IMG/VR virus record: IMGVR_UViG_3300049043_000112
Coordinates: 124,001 to 188,000 of that record
Length of the DNA: 64,000 nt
Direction: 5' to 3' (one strand)
Made by a program: the position numbers and the translations under genes
Notes under the pieces: model-generated
Seen by the model: only the letters and a program-made list of their open reading frames with translations
Told to the model about the DNA's origin: nothing
The model's database searches: none
Part shown: one piece after another, positions 39,480-52,100 of the stretch
Position numbering within the stretch: position 1 is the stretch's first letter
Layout of the letters: each line of letters begins with the position of its first letter

Positions 39480-40391
39480 CTATTGTTTGTCGATGGATGC
39501 AATGATTTTGTCAAAATCATAAAGTTCTTCTTGTTCTCCAAATGGATACTCTACTTCACTTCCGTTGAAATCAAAATCAAAGAAGTAACTACCTGGAAGT
39601 TTAAAGTCATATGGAATTTCAGTGCAGATATTATCGTGCATTGCATAACCAAAAACTTTCGGACTTGTGCCGTTCCAAAGAACTGTAGATGGCAGTCTTA
39701 ATGCTGCAGCTGCGTGTTGTACGCAACTGTCAATTAAAACTCTCTTCTTACTATGTAGTAGAATACTGAACAACTCCATCAGCGATAATGAACTTTCTGG
39801 AGTTGCAAAAATTGGATATGTATCTTCCAGTTTTGGAGAGTTCAGTTTTGTGATTTGGTAAATATGGTATTTGTCTTTATAATGGTCTACAATACGCTGT
39901 GCAAGGTCTTCAGGCATATCCCGTGTCCAGGAATATGGTTTTGCATCAGTCGTCATCATACCGCCATTGGTATGAAGAACCATTATAGGTTTCTTACCTT
40001 TTGCCCATACTTCTCTAGAAATATTCTTCTGGAGATTGTTGAACTTTAATTCTGGTTTTTCGTTATTAAATTTTAAATTGTATAACTTGCACCAATTTTC
40101 AATTAGGGGCAGTTTCTTATGAATGTGTTCTGTGGTATAATATGGTTCGTGATAAAAGATTAAACTATCCTTGTCCCGAACATAGTTCTGATAAAAATAA
40201 CTCGTGTTTCCAAGTTGATATACTCTATCAACAAAAGAAACATTAATGTAAACTTCCGTGTAAACACAGACAACAATTAGTTTTCTATCAGGATAATTAT
40301 TCTTGATACACTTTGCAACAGCAATTGAAGCAATGTGTTTTCCAATTCCACCTTGGACGTGGAATATACAATACTTTGATTTTGAACTCAT
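39480..40391 (-). CDS. GT-B glycosyltransferase, GT9/heptosyltransferase-like
   Basis: N-terminal GGIGKHIA...IK.NYPD; C-terminal LIDSCVQHAAAALRLPSTVLW, matching the GT9 DS..xH.AAA..P.V.L motif. Confidence 0.72.
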   Translation of the reverse strand: MSSKSKYCIFHVQGGIGKHIASIAVAKCIKNNYPDRKLIVVCVYTEVYINVSFVDRVYQLGNTSYFYQNYVRDKDSLIFYHEPYYTTEHIHKKLPLIENWCKLYNLKFNNEKPELKFNNLQKNISREVWAKGKKPIMVLHTNGGMMTTDAKPYSWTRDMPEDLAQRIVDHYKDKYHIYQITKLNSPKLEDTYPIFATPESSLSLMELFSILLHSKKRVLIDSCVQHAAAALRLPSTVLWNGTSPKVFGYAMHDNICTEIPYDFKLPGSYFFDFDFNGSEVEYPFGEQEELYDFDKIIASIDKQ

Positions 40392-40437
40392 AAAAGATAT
40401 CAACTCATTATCTATTATATATCATTTTTACAAAAAG

Positions 40438-41020
40438 TTAAAGCTGGAAAGTAGTCTTGATTTCATCAATCAATTCTTGGTCTTTTGATGCAACACCAAG
40501 ACCATGCGAGCAGGTAAAGTTTGTCTTCGGCAAATCTTAATTCAGCAAAAAACTTATTTACTTCATAACCTGGACGTTCTACAATCGTATCGTGAAATAA
40601 AATCACACCATCATCTTTAACAAACTTATTCCAGGTATCATAATCATTCTTGACTGCCTGATAAGTGTGAAAACCATCAATATGTAGAATATCAATCGGG
40701 TGCTTCCATTGTTTTGCAACCAGTCCAAAATATCCTTTGATAAACTGAATATTGTTCAGTTGTAGTTCTTGTTTCTTTTGCTTGACGTATTCATAGGTAT
40801 TCTTCACACCTGCCATTGCATCACCAGCAAAACTATCAACACCATAAACAGTACCGATTTGTGGAAGTGCAAAACAGAATGTAGAGTAACCATAATCTAC
40901 ACCTAAGTCTACAACGACTTTTGGTTGTTTTCTATTCACTATCCACTGTGCAAATGTAATGTGGTCAGTCCAACCCGTTGGAATTGTTTTAAGTAATTCC
41001 AGTTTATCGTTTAATTCCAT
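40438..41020 (-). CDS. Class I SAM methyltransferase, Methyltransf_24-like (indel near 40535)
   Basis: VVDLGVDYGYST, YGVDSF, IDILHIDGFHTYQAV..DY..W...V...GVILFHD. Confidence 0.88.
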
Positions 41021-41540
41021 AAAAATATAAGTCCTTAATTTTTGTATTGACAGAAAACTTGTACTTGCTAAAGTGTGAAGAGAAATCTACCTTCTCTGTG
41101 AAGTCTTGTTCAGTCAGGTTTTGGTAATAGTCCCATCCCAAATCAATGGTCAGTGGACTATCTTGCACTGATGTTCGTCGTGTTCCGTGCTCTTGTCTTC
41201 CCGTTGTTGCACAGGTGAAGAATACAAGACCGTCTTTCTTGCATAGACGTATCATATTCATAAAGGTTTCATACCAATAAGGGTTATGTTCAAAACATTC
41301 TAAGGAACAAACCACATCATAACTTTCATCAGGTGCGTCATAGTCCTGCCCTTCACAGACGATATCAACATTTTCACCGTATCCAACATCAATTCCAGTG
41401 TAATCACAGTTCTTAAAGTGCTTCTTGACTGAACCATTGATGTCTAAACTTCCAATATCCAATACTTTTTGATTTGCAAAGTAATATTGGTGTTTATTCT
41501 TTAGGTCCATTACAAAGAAGTCTTGTTCAGGATGTGCCAT
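41004..41540 (-). CDS. Class I SAM methyltransferase, Methyltransf_11-like
   Basis: KVLDIGSLDING, YTGIDV..G.NVD, YDVVCSLECFEH; ATG of MAHPEQ at 41540. Confidence 0.88.
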   Translation of the reverse strand: MAHPEQDFFVMDLKNKHQYYFANQKVLDIGSLDINGSVKKHFKNCDYTGIDVGYGENVDIVCEGQDYDAPDESYDVVCSLECFEHNPYWYETFMNMIRLCKKDGLVFFTCATTGRQEHGTRRTSVQDSPLTIDLGWDYYQNLTEQDFTEKVDFSSHFSKYKFSVNTKIKDLYFYGIKR

Positions 41541-41541
41541 A

Positions 41542-42282
41542 TTAATATCCAAAAATGTTTGTTTTAGGTTTTAAAGTGTGCTTAATGATGTCCCATTGCT
41601 TTGCACCTTTAAAATGATTGTATTGATAAGCATTATGAGTATCCAAATCAATTCGTTTTTGTATTGGACCCTTTTTGTTTCCAAGAGTTTTTGAAATTTC
41701 TCCTGTGATTTTATTGGTCTTCAGAGCGTAGATATGTTCACAGTTTTGAATTAAATAATCATCTCCATACCAGACTTTATAAAGACTTGGAATTGGTTTG
41801 TAGACGGAGCGTTTGATGAACATACAGACACCAAACGCATAACTCTGACTACCAATTGGTCTGTTTTTTAGGATGTTCAGTTTGATTAATTCATCCCCTT
41901 CAATTGATTGATGTGCAATATGAAAATTATCAATACTTCCTTTTAAGTATGAACCAATAATATCAATATTTGACATATCTAATGTGGAGATATAATTGAA
42001 AATATCTTCTTCTACAAAAACATCATCATTCAGAATACCAAGTACGTCTGCATTGGAACGATAATATCCTTCGTTCCAAGCAGGATTAACATAAATGTTC
42101 TTATTATAACACACCAATTTAATTTTAGGATGATTTAGAATATCATCCTGTGGTCTATTGGACTTCTGATTATCTACAAGAATAATTGAATTGATTGAAG
42201 AATAATCGCAGTATTGTTTTAAGTATTGAATGAAATTATCAACACACCACATCGTTGGTATGACTATATCAATGCTGTTCAT
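41542..42282 (-). CDS. GT-A (GT2-like) glycosyltransferase
   Basis: IDIVIPT, IILVDN, N.YVNPAWN.G, ILNDD, WYGDD. Confidence 0.85.
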   Translation of the reverse strand: MNSIDIVIPTMWCVDNFIQYLKQYCDYSSINSIILVDNQKSNRPQDDILNHPKIKLVCYNKNIYVNPAWNEGYYRSNADVLGILNDDVFVEEDIFNYISTLDMSNIDIIGSYLKGSIDNFHIAHQSIEGDELIKLNILKNRPIGSQSYAFGVCMFIKRSVYKPIPSLYKVWYGDDYLIQNCEHIYALKTNKITGEISKTLGNKKGPIQKRIDLDTHNAYQYNHFKGAKQWDIIKHTLKPKTNIFGY

Positions 42283-42917
42283 AGGTTATACGACTTCTGA
42301 AAATCTCCTTTAAATTTCTTTGTTCCCATATGTGTCACAGTATGAACTGGATTTAACCAAATCTGATAACCAAGTTCTTTAATCTTTTCACATAAAACAA
42401 TATCTTCTCCGTGGAAGCTGTCGTTAATCACCGTGTACTCGCAGATATACTTTAACTGTCTGCCTCTGAATTCACACACAGGGTTGCTTTCCCATAGGTC
42501 TTTAATCACCTTTTGTGATAACTTTAGAAAACCAGTACCACACCGACCAATCTTTAAGTACCCGTCTGTGTCTGGTTCTTTCTGAACATCATAGACATTA
42601 TACTGGATTTTTTTATCACCTTTATTCACCACTGGAACTGCAACAACGTCTTTGGAAGAGTTGACGATGTTAAGTAATACTGTAGGGTCCCATTCTTCAT
42701 CATCATCAATAAAGACCATTGCATCATAACGTTCCCGATATGCTAGATTAAGCAGTTCATTTCTTGCCATCGGGAGGATGCTTTCATTTGCAAGAAACAC
42801 TGGTTGGAACATTACATTGTTCGCAAGACCAAGTTTTGTGCTTTCATATAATGAATTGACGAACCAAGCATCAACCTTGCCGTCTAAGCACGGGGTTGCA
42901 ATTAATACTCTTTTCAT
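42279..42917 (-). CDS. GT-A fold glycosyltransferase
   Basis: RVLIATP, ES.LPMARN, VFIDDD, GTGFL, GEDI.LC, GY.IWL.P...H.G. Confidence 0.82.
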   Translation of the reverse strand: MKRVLIATPCLDGKVDAWFVNSLYESTKLGLANNVMFQPVFLANESILPMARNELLNLAYRERYDAMVFIDDDEEWDPTVLLNIVNSSKDVVAVPVVNKGDKKIQYNVYDVQKEPDTDGYLKIGRCGTGFLKLSQKVIKDLWESNPVCEFRGRQLKYICEYTVINDSFHGEDIVLCEKIKELGYQIWLNPVHTVTHMGTKKFKGDFQKSYNL

Positions 42918-42935
42918 TTGGACTAATGATGTATT

Positions 42936-45846
42936 TTAAGTATTTAGTTTGTTCTCCAATGCCTCTATTCTTGCCTTAAGGTCTTGGTTTTCTTGGTCTA
43001 GTTCTTTAATCGCATTAACGAGTACTGGTATCATATAGTCGTGAGTGATACCAAGATTATCAGGGTCAGAATTATTAACAATGATTGGTTCATCACCTTC
43101 TAGAGACATTACCTCCTGAGCACTAAATCCATATCTCTTTCTAGGGTCTTTGACTTCACCAGTTTCTTTATCTTTAAAGGAATACTTAATCGGATTGACG
43201 CCTCTTAAGAAGTCACGTCCATAAGGAACTGCACCATAAACACACTTGTATCTAATGTCTGATGCAACACCCCACGCAATTTGGATACAGACCGTGGTAT
43301 GGTTTGCATTACCCATAACAATGCAGTTGGAACCAGTGATGGCGATAAGTCCACTAGGACTTCCACCTGACCCTGCATTAAATCCTATAGCAATATTATT
43401 ACTTCCAGTAACATTAGAAAGACCTGCATTTGTACCTAAGAAAAGATTACAGGCTCCACTGGTAATACACCAACCAGTTGCTTCCCCCATTAATATATTA
43501 TAATTAGCAGTACTATTTCTTCCTGTTTGGTTTCCAATCATAATATTGGAAAGTCCTATGATATTGGAACATCCAGTACCAGGTCCTATGAAAACGTTGT
43601 TGGACCCTGTTGTATTATTAAGTCCTGAATCTCCACCCAAAGAAGTTATTATAAGAACCAGTAGTATTATTGACACCTGTATAATAACCAAACATAACAT
43701 TATGATTTCCTGTGGTGTTGCTACATCCAGTACGATATCCACCAAAGAAGTTATCAGTTCCAATGGTATTAGAACATCCTGCACGACGACCAATGAACGT
43801 ATTAGAACATCCAGTGGTGTTACAACGTCCAGCAAGAGGACCAAAGAAGTTATTATTTACTCCTGTGGTGTTGGATTGTCCTGCAAATCTTCCAAAAAAG
43901 TTGTTGTAATTTCCAGATGTATTGGCACATCCAGCATAACGACCAAAGAAGTTATTATCAATTCCAAAAGTATTAGAATATCCAGCACATTGCCCTATGA
44001 AGTTGTTGTTGTTTCCTGTAGTGTTGCAATAACCAACACGTTTACCAAAAAAGTTGTTATTAGTTCCAGTTGTATTAGAATACCCAGTAAGACGACCTAA
44101 AAAGTTATTGTATTCACCAGTTGTATTTGAATATCCAGAAAGACGACCAAAGAAGTTATTGTATGCACCAAAAGTATTATTATACCCAGCGCATCTTCCT
44201 ATAAAACTATTATTACCTCCTGTGGTGTTGCAGTATCCTGTTTCTGTTCCAAAGAAGTTATTATTACTTCCTGTGGTATTATAACGTCCAGCAAAACATC
44301 CAAAGAAATTATTAGAACTTCCAGTCGTTGTGGAACTACCAGCACCAACACCAGCAAAGAAGTTATTGGTACCACTGGTAATACTTGCACCAGTTGTGGT
44401 ATCACCAATCTTGATATTCGTATCACTAAAACCAATTACACCACCAGAACCAATTCTAACAGTGCTATCAGTAATTCTAAGTCTTTCATTCGCTGCTAAT
44501 GTACCACCAGTGAAGAATGAAAGGGTCTTACCAATTCCAGCAACACCAATACTTAAACTACCATCACTGGTGTATAAGTAAGCATCATTTGCTCCATTGA
44601 TTGTCCAAGTAGACGTTGAAAATCCACTGTTGTTAATTCCTAAGTCTACAAAGTTCGTTGTATCACTACCATTATCTGCAGTTATAACAAGGTCAGCAGA
44701 AGCAGTGTTACCAGTGTTTGCGTTACGAATATTAACTTGAGTATAATTATTCGCAAATGCTGTGAAGTCTGCAACACAGGAAGTCAGTCCAGATAATGCA
44801 GGAGTTCCAGTTGGTGAAACTGTTAGATTATACGTTGGATTTGTAATTCCTATTCCAAAATTACCAGAAACATAAGAACCACCAACGACTTGTAGTGTTT
44901 GATTTGCAGTTCCAGAAGACGTTGCAGTACCGACTAGAAGAGTACCAACATTAACAACATCATTGGTTGTCAGTCCAACGTTACCAGTTCTTCCATAGAA
45001 CCCAGTAACTGCACTGGACGTAGCACCAGCAAAACCAATGTGTCTTACTTGAATTAAACTACCATTTCCAGGTGCTTCAACAAACGTTAGAATGTTTCCA
45101 GTAACACTATATGCTCTAACGTTCGTTGCGTCATTTGGATACTGAACAACACCGTTGATTGTAACTAATACGTTCTGATTGTTTGGTGGTGTTTTGGATA
45201 ATGCAAAGTTTGTTGTGGACCCATCACCAGTGAAACTATCAACGGTGTTGTCACTGGTATCAAACGTTGGATAATTATTTGCAATGACATTACCCCAGAA
45301 GACATCTGTGTTAACTGGAGGTGTTGAAAATACAATGGTGCTGTCTGCATCAATTCCAAAACCATCTGAAGGTGAAGAGGTATCACTTGGTTGTTGGAGA
45401 ACACCATTAATCGAAATCGTTAACTGCGCTGCTCTGGTGACTTGTGCTTTGGTGCCGTTGTTATAAGTCGCTTTGAACTTGGTGTTAATCCCATCAAAAG
45501 CAACGTTGATTGTATGAGTTGCTCCAGTTCCTAATGCTGTAAGAGTAATATATGTACTACTATTTGCGTTTGAAAGAGATGTTGCAAGTTGAATTGTATT
45601 TTGGTCTTGCTTGATAATATAATAATATGTACCCGACGTTAAACCACCAATTGCAGTTCCAGTGGTTGAATAAAGAACTCTCTGACCGGTAATAAAACGG
45701 TGACCAGTTAGAGAAATCGTTGAACCACTTGTAGACACAGAGGCAGAAGAAGACCCATCAAACGTCTGTGTGAACGTTGATATTTGGTCTAAAATCCGGA
45801 AACTGTTGTCTCCTGTTACAGGTTGGTTGCCGATATAGGAAGCCAT
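42936..45846 (-). CDS. Fibre protein A: 14-aa Asn/Gly/Cys repeats plus peptidase S74 chaperone (about 970 aa; indel near 43635)
   Basis: ORFs 43618-45846 and 42936-43844 join; repeats G.NNNFFG..AG..NTT; C-terminal ASDIRYK...YGFSAQEV...PVLVNAIKEL. Confidence 0.85.
42941..42947 (-). promoter_or_regulatory. Late-promoter-like motif upstream of the glycan-modification cluster
   Basis: CTAAATA 23 nt upstream of ATG 42917. Confidence 0.55.
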
Positions 45847-45861
45847 ATATGGTTTTTTAGG

Positions 45862-45869
45862 TATTTATA
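45862..45869 (-). promoter_or_regulatory. T4-type late promoter
   Basis: TATAAATA 15 nt upstream of fibre A. Confidence 0.8.
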
Positions 45870-48800
45870 GACCCGCAGCATCTAAACGAGCACGGATTTC
45901 TTGATTTTCATTTTGAAGAGTTTGTACAGTTTCTTTGAGTTCTGTGTTCTCTTGGTCTAATTCTTTAATCGCATTAACAAGAACTGGTATCATATAATCG
46001 TGAGTGATACCAAGATTATCAGGGTCAGAGTTATTGACGATAATTGGTTCATCACTTTCCAGCGCAAGAACTTCTTGAGCACTGAAACCATATCTCTTTC
46101 TAGGGTCTTTGATTTCTCCAGTTTCCTTGTCCTTAAAGGAGTACTTAATTGGATTTACATTTTTCAGGAAATCTCTGCCGTGTGGTACAGTTCCATAGAC
46201 GCACTTGTATCTGATGTCTGATGCAACACCCCAAGCAATTTGGATGCAAGCTGTTGTGTGGTTTGCATTACCCATAACAATTTGGTTACCAGTGGTGGTG
46301 AAATTGATAAGACCACTTGGAGTTCCACCTGTTGTTCCTGCACGATGTCCAATTGCAATATTGTTGACTGCTGTTGTGTTATTAACTCCCGAAAGACCGC
46401 CGATAAAAACATTACAAGTTCCTGTAGTGTTATTAGAACCAGCACTATCTCCAAAAAATGAATTATAGCATCCAGTTGTAGTTTTGCAACCTGCATCGGC
46501 ACCAAAGAAGTTGTTATTAGTTGCTGTGGTGTTACAACGTCCAGCATTATTACCAAAGAAGTTGTTATTAACACCAATAGTATTTGCAAGTCCTGCATAT
46601 TTTCCAATAAAATTATTAAAGCATCCTGTCGTATTACTAGACCCTGCATAAACTCCAATAAAAACATTGCAAGAAGCAGTGGTATTGCAACGTCCAGCAG
46701 CTTGACCAACAAAAATATTTCTAGTTCCAGTAGTATTTGCACATCCTGCAAGATATCCAAAGAAGTTATTATAACATCCAGTGGTATTGCAAAATCCTGC
46801 AAGATTACCAAAGAAATTATTAAGTCTACCAGTAGTATTAGAATATCCAGCACATTGCCCTATGAAGTTATTGTTGTCTCCTGTGGTGTTTGAGTATCCT
46901 GCATAACGACCGAAGAAATTATTATTGGACCCTGTGGTATTTTTCCACCCAGAACGATATGCAAGAAAAAGATTATTATTTCCAAAAGTGTTACAAAATC
47001 CTGCTTGATATCCTATAAAAGTGTTGCAAGTTCCAGTAGTACTACTATATCCAGCACTATCACCTATAATAATATTTCCGCTTCCTGTAGTATTAGATTT
47101 ACCTGCTTCACGACCAATAAAAGTATTATAACCACCAAAAGTATTAGAACATCCCGCGATGTTACCTATGAAGGTGTTGTTGTTTCCTGTGGTGTTTGAT
47201 TGTCCTGCTTGCAATCCAAAGAAGTTATTATGAGTTCCTGTAGTGTTGCTTCTACCTGCATAATAACCAAAGAAGTTATTATGAGTTCCAGTGGTATTAC
47301 ACCATCCAGATTGAGCACCAAAGAAGTTATTATAACATCCTGTTGTATTAGCGCATCCTGCACCATACCCAATAAAGTTATTATATCTACCAAACGTATT
47401 AACACGTCCCGATATTTGACCTATAAAATTATTATTGTTTCCTGTGGTATTACAACAACCTGCAAGAGAACCAAAGAAGTTATTGTTTGACCCAGTGGTG
47501 TTATTTTGCCCTGCACGTAATCCAATAAAGTTATTATATCCACCAAAAGTATTAGAACATCCAGCACGATTACCTATGAAATTGTTATTATTTCCTGTGG
47601 TGTTTGAGTATCCTGCAGCATATCCGCCAAAGAAATTAAAAATACCAAAAGTATTGGAATATCCAGCACATTGCCCTATGAAGTTGTTGTTGGACCCTGT
47701 GGTGTTTTGATTACCTGCACTTAATCCAATAAAGTTATTATGATTTCCTGTAGTATTAACACATCCAGCACCAAGTCCAAAGAAGTTATTATGGCATCCA
47801 GTAGTATTATTACGCCCCGCATTAGCACCAAAGAAGTTATTATAACATCCAGTAGTGTTATATTTTCCTGCTCCAGTTCCAGAGAAATTATTAAAGTTTC
47901 CAAAAGTATTAGAATATCCAGCACATCTTCCTATGAAGTTGTTGTTGTTTCCTGTGGTATTCGAGTACCCTGCTTGATATCCACCAAAGAAGTTATTAGA
48001 CCCTGTGGTGTTGCTTCTGCCTGCAGCATAACCACCAAAGAAATTATGACTTCCTGTAGTATTAAAACGTCCTGCATAAAAACCAAAGAAATTATTACAA
48101 CTTCCCGTGGTATTTTCTTGTCCAGCACGACCACCAATAAAGTTATTAAAACCTCCTGTAGTATTACAACATCCAGCATTAACACCAAAGAAATTATTAT
48201 AGCAACCAGTAGTGTTAAACCTTCCTGCACTAAGACCAAAGAAGTTATTAAAAAATCCAGTAGTATTACACCATCCAGCACCACATCCAAAGAAATTATT
48301 ATGACATCCAAAAGTATTAGAATATCCAGCACATTGCCCTATGAAGTTGTTGTTGGAACCGGTGGTGTTATAATATCCCGTAAGTTCTCCAAAAAAGTTA
48401 TTGTCTGTACCAATAGTATTAAAATATCCAGCACATTTTCCTATAAAGTTGTTATCGTTTCCTGTGGTGTTGCAACGACCTGCATTAAATCCTAAGAAGT
48501 TGTTAAAAGACCCTGTAGTATTTTCACGTCCTGCAGTATTTCCTAAAAAGTTATTATGACATCCTCCAGTATTGCACTGTCCAGCATTTAAACCAATAAA
48601 ATTATTTCTAGAACCAGAAACATTATTTTGTCCAGCATAAGCACCAATAAAGTTATTAAATATTCCTATTGTATTGCAACGTCCAGCATAAGCACCAATA
48701 AAGTTATTAAAACAACCAGTTGTAACATTTGCACCGGTGAAACTATTACCAATGCTGATATTCGTGTCATTAAACCCAATGGTTCCACCGACTTGTAACT

Positions 48801-49161
48801 TAACCAGTGGATTTGTGGTTCCTATACCGACAGAACCAGAAACATAAGCACCACCAACAACCTGTAAGTCTTGATTGGCAGTATTAGTACTTGAACCCGT
48901 ACCAATCAATACAGGTCCATTCACGAATGTACCTACACCAGTAACTTGTAGGTCTGCAAAAGTATTAGGACCAACTGATATAACACTCTCTATGGTCGCT
49001 GCAGTAACGGCATCAAGAGAAGCAATGTTTTGAAGTTCTCTGGCACCTGAAACAACTTGTGTCGAACCAACACTTAACGCAGAGATTGTGGTAACACCTG
49101 ATAAAGAAATACCAGTTGCTATACCAAGACTTGTAATCTGAGTGAGACCTTCAAGTGCCAT
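45865..49161 (-). CDS. Fibre protein B: roughly 55-60 14-aa repeats plus peptidase S74 chaperone
   Basis: Intact 1098-aa ORF; S74 domain nearly identical to that of fibre A. Confidence 0.9.
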   Translation of the reverse strand: MALEGLTQITSLGIATGISLSGVTTISALSVGSTQVVSGARELQNIASLDAVTAATIESVISVGPNTFADLQVTGVGTFVNGPVLIGTGSSTNTANQDLQVVGGAYVSGSVGIGTTNPLVKLQVGGTIGFNDTNISIGNSFTGANVTTGCFNNFIGAYAGRCNTIGIFNNFIGAYAGQNNVSGSRNNFIGLNAGQCNTGGCHNNFLGNTAGRENTTGSFNNFLGFNAGRCNTTGNDNNFIGKCAGYFNTIGTDNNFFGELTGYYNTTGSNNNFIGQCAGYSNTFGCHNNFFGCGAGWCNTTGFFNNFFGLSAGRFNTTGCYNNFFGVNAGCCNTTGGFNNFIGGRAGQENTTGSCNNFFGFYAGRFNTTGSHNFFGGYAAGRSNTTGSNNFFGGYQAGYSNTTGNNNNFIGRCAGYSNTFGNFNNFSGTGAGKYNTTGCYNNFFGANAGRNNTTGCHNNFFGLGAGCVNTTGNHNNFIGLSAGNQNTTGSNNNFIGQCAGYSNTFGIFNFFGGYAAGYSNTTGNNNNFIGNRAGCSNTFGGYNNFIGLRAGQNNTTGSNNNFFGSLAGCCNTTGNNNNFIGQISGRVNTFGRYNNFIGYGAGCANTTGCYNNFFGAQSGWCNTTGTHNNFFGYYAGRSNTTGTHNNFFGLQAGQSNTTGNNNTFIGNIAGCSNTFGGYNTFIGREAGKSNTTGSGNIIIGDSAGYSSTTGTCNTFIGYQAGFCNTFGNNNLFLAYRSGWKNTTGSNNNFFGRYAGYSNTTGDNNNFIGQCAGYSNTTGRLNNFFGNLAGFCNTTGCYNNFFGYLAGCANTTGTRNIFVGQAAGRCNTTASCNVFIGVYAGSSNTTGCFNNFIGKYAGLANTIGVNNNFFGNNAGRCNTTATNNNFFGADAGCKTTTGCYNSFFGDSAGSNNTTGTCNVFIGGLSGVNNTTAVNNIAIGHRAGTTGGTPSGLINFTTTGNQIVMGNANHTTACIQIAWGVASDIRYKCVYGTVPHGRDFLKNVNPIKYSFKDKETGEIKDPRKRYGFSAQEVLALESDEPIIVNNSDPDNLGITHDYMIPVLVNAIKELDQENTELKETVQTLQNENQEIRARLDAAGL

Positions 49162-49175
49162 TTTTGTTTTTTAAG

Positions 49176-49183
49176 TATTTATA
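49176..49183 (-). promoter_or_regulatory. T4-type late promoter
   Basis: TATAAATA 14 nt upstream of fibre B. Confidence 0.8.
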
Positions 49184-49194
49184 GACGTGTTCTT

Positions 49195-52100
49195 TCAGTT
49201 TATTTTATTTTCTAAAGCTTCAATTCTGCTTCTTAAGTCTTGGTTTTCTTGTTTGACTTCTGTGAGTTCAGTGTCGAGTTCTTTGATTGCATTAATCAAG
49301 TACCAAGTTAGATTAGAAGTATCAACACTATAAACACCAGTGCTTTCTTGCTTAACAATTTCTGGTAATACTTCTAGTGCCTCTTGAGCGATTAGACCAA
49401 TTTGTACTCCTTCTTTGTTGATTGCAGTGTGCTCTGGAAGTTCAGTAATTTCTTCTGGTTTTCTATATTCGAAATTACGAACTCGGAATGCATTAATGAT
49501 TTCTAAACCAACAGTGTTATCTACAATGTTCTTTTTAATTCTTTCATCTGATGTAGTAGACCAAGTGGAACTATTATTACCTTGATAAATTCCACCACCA
49601 CCAGCATTGATAAAACCGGTTTGTGATCCCTTGCCCACTATCCAAGCGCCATTATGAGCAGCGATAACCATTTCACAATTCACACCTGTACCCGAAGCAC
49701 AAGATGCATAACCTATAAAAGTATTACCCTGTCCTGTTGAGGCAACCTGACCTGCTTGAAATCCTAAGAAAGTATTTTGAGCTCCAGTGGTAAGGTTTTG
49801 ACCCGCTTGAGCACCTAAAAAGACATTATTACTTCCAGCGGTAAGGGAATATCCAGCATTACATCCTAAAGCTGTATTGCAAGTTCCAACTGTATTGTAA
49901 CGTCCCGCATTACATCCTAAAAAGACATTATGAGATCCACATGTGTTTGTAACTCCTGCTTCTCTACCAATAAAAACGTTATGAGTTCCAACAGTATTGC
50001 TAAATCCTGCAGCATAACCAATAAAGACATTGCAAGTACCTGTAGTATTTCTTTCTCCAGCAGAAGTTCCAAAAAATATATTATAAGATCCAGTGGTATT
50101 ACAACGTCCAGCATTCTGTCCCATAAAGGCGTTGTTAGATCCTGTGGTGTTGTTAAGTCCAGCAAGAAAACCGAAGAAAGTGTTGTGGTTTCCTGTGGTA
50201 TTTGCACATCCTGCACGACATCCAAAGAAGTTATTGCTGTTTCCAGTGGTGTTGCAAAGCCCTGCAAGATATCCAAAGAAATTGTTGTAACATCCAGTGG
50301 TATTATAACGTCCTGCCTGAGAACCCATAAAGACATTATAGGAACCATAACTATTGCATTGACCTGCTCTTCTTCCTATAAAAGTATTATGACTTCCAGT
50401 GGAATTAAAGCATCCTGCATAGAAACCAAAGAAGTTGTTGTTGCCTCCTGTAGTGTTAGATTGTCCTGCACTCTGTCCAATAAAGTTATTATTTGCACCA
50501 AAAGTATTAGCGTATCCAGCACATTGCCCTATGAAGTTGTTGTTGTTTCCTGTGGTGTTTGAGTATCCAGTATAACGACCGAAGAAATTATTATTAGACC
50601 CTGTGGTATTTAATTGTCCTGCACGTACTCCAAAGAAGTTATTGCAACCTCCTGTGGTCGTGAAATATCCAGCATATTTTCCAAAGTAATTATTATAAGC
50701 ACCAGTGGTGTTAGCAAGACCAGCAGCTCTACCTAAGAAGTTATTATATGCACCAAAGGTATTGCATCTACCTGCACTACTTCCAATAAAGTTATTAAAT
50801 GAACCAGTCGTATTACACCATCCTGTAAGAGGACCAATGAAATTATTATTATCACCAAAAGTATTAGCAAATCCAGAACATTGCCCTATGAAGGTGTTGT
50901 TGGACCCTGTGGTGTTTGAGTATCCAGTATTAAATCCAAAGAAGTTATTATTACTACCAAAAGTATTAGCGTATCCAGCAAAAACACCAATAAAATTATT
51001 ACTATTTCCAGTAGTATTGAGCCAACCTGTACCACGACCAAAGAAGGTATTATAAGAACCAGTGGTGTTACAGTATCCGGCAAAACATCCAAAAAAGTTA
51101 TTAGCAATTCCAGTCAGATTATAACGACCTGCAGCATAACCTATAAATTGATTATATCTACCAAAACTATTTGTTGTTCCTGTTAAAGCTCCGATAAAAG
51201 TATTAAAACCTCCTGTAGTATTAGAACGTCCAGCAGCCCATCCTAAGAAAGTATTATAGTTTCCAAAAGTATTATTACATCCTGCCCTATCACCAATAAA
51301 AATATTTCCATTTCCAGTTGTATTTTTATACCCACCTAAACAACCAGCAAAGAAATTACACCCACCAAAAGTATTAAACTGACCGGCAGCGTATCCAATA
51401 AAAGTATTATGATTTCCAGTGGTGTTGCAATATCCACTAGTGTACCCAAAGAAGTTGTTATGACATCCTGTAGTATTATTAATTCCAGCAAGAGGACCAA
51501 AGAAGTTATTGCAATTTCCAGTAGTATTACATCTACCTGCGGAAGAACCAAAGAAATTATTGGAAGTCCCTGTAGTGTTACAATACCCAGCAAGAGGACC
51601 AAAGAAGTTATTGTTTCCACCAAAAGTATTAGAAAATCCAGCACATTGCCCTATAAAAATATTATCGCTTCCTGTTGTGTTTGAATATCCAGCATTAACA
51701 CCAAAAAAGTTGTTAGTATATCCAGTAGTATTGCTATAACCTGCTTGATATCCAAAGAAGTTATTATTACTTCCCGATGTATTTGCAATTCCAGAAAAAC
51801 GACCTAAGAAGTTATTATAAGCACCAAAAGTATTAGAATATCCAGCACATTGCCCTATGAAGTTGTTGTTGTTTCCTGTGGTGTTACTTGCACCTGCTTG
51901 ATATCCACCGAAGAAATTAAAACTTCCAGTAGTATTACATACACCTGCAACACGACCAAAGAAGTTGTTATGACATCCAAAAGTATTAGCAAATCCAGCA
52001 GAAGAACCAATAAAATTATTACAACCTCCAGTGGTGTTATTACATCCTGAACGTTCACCAATAAAAATATTGCAACAACCAAAAGTATTACAAAATCCAG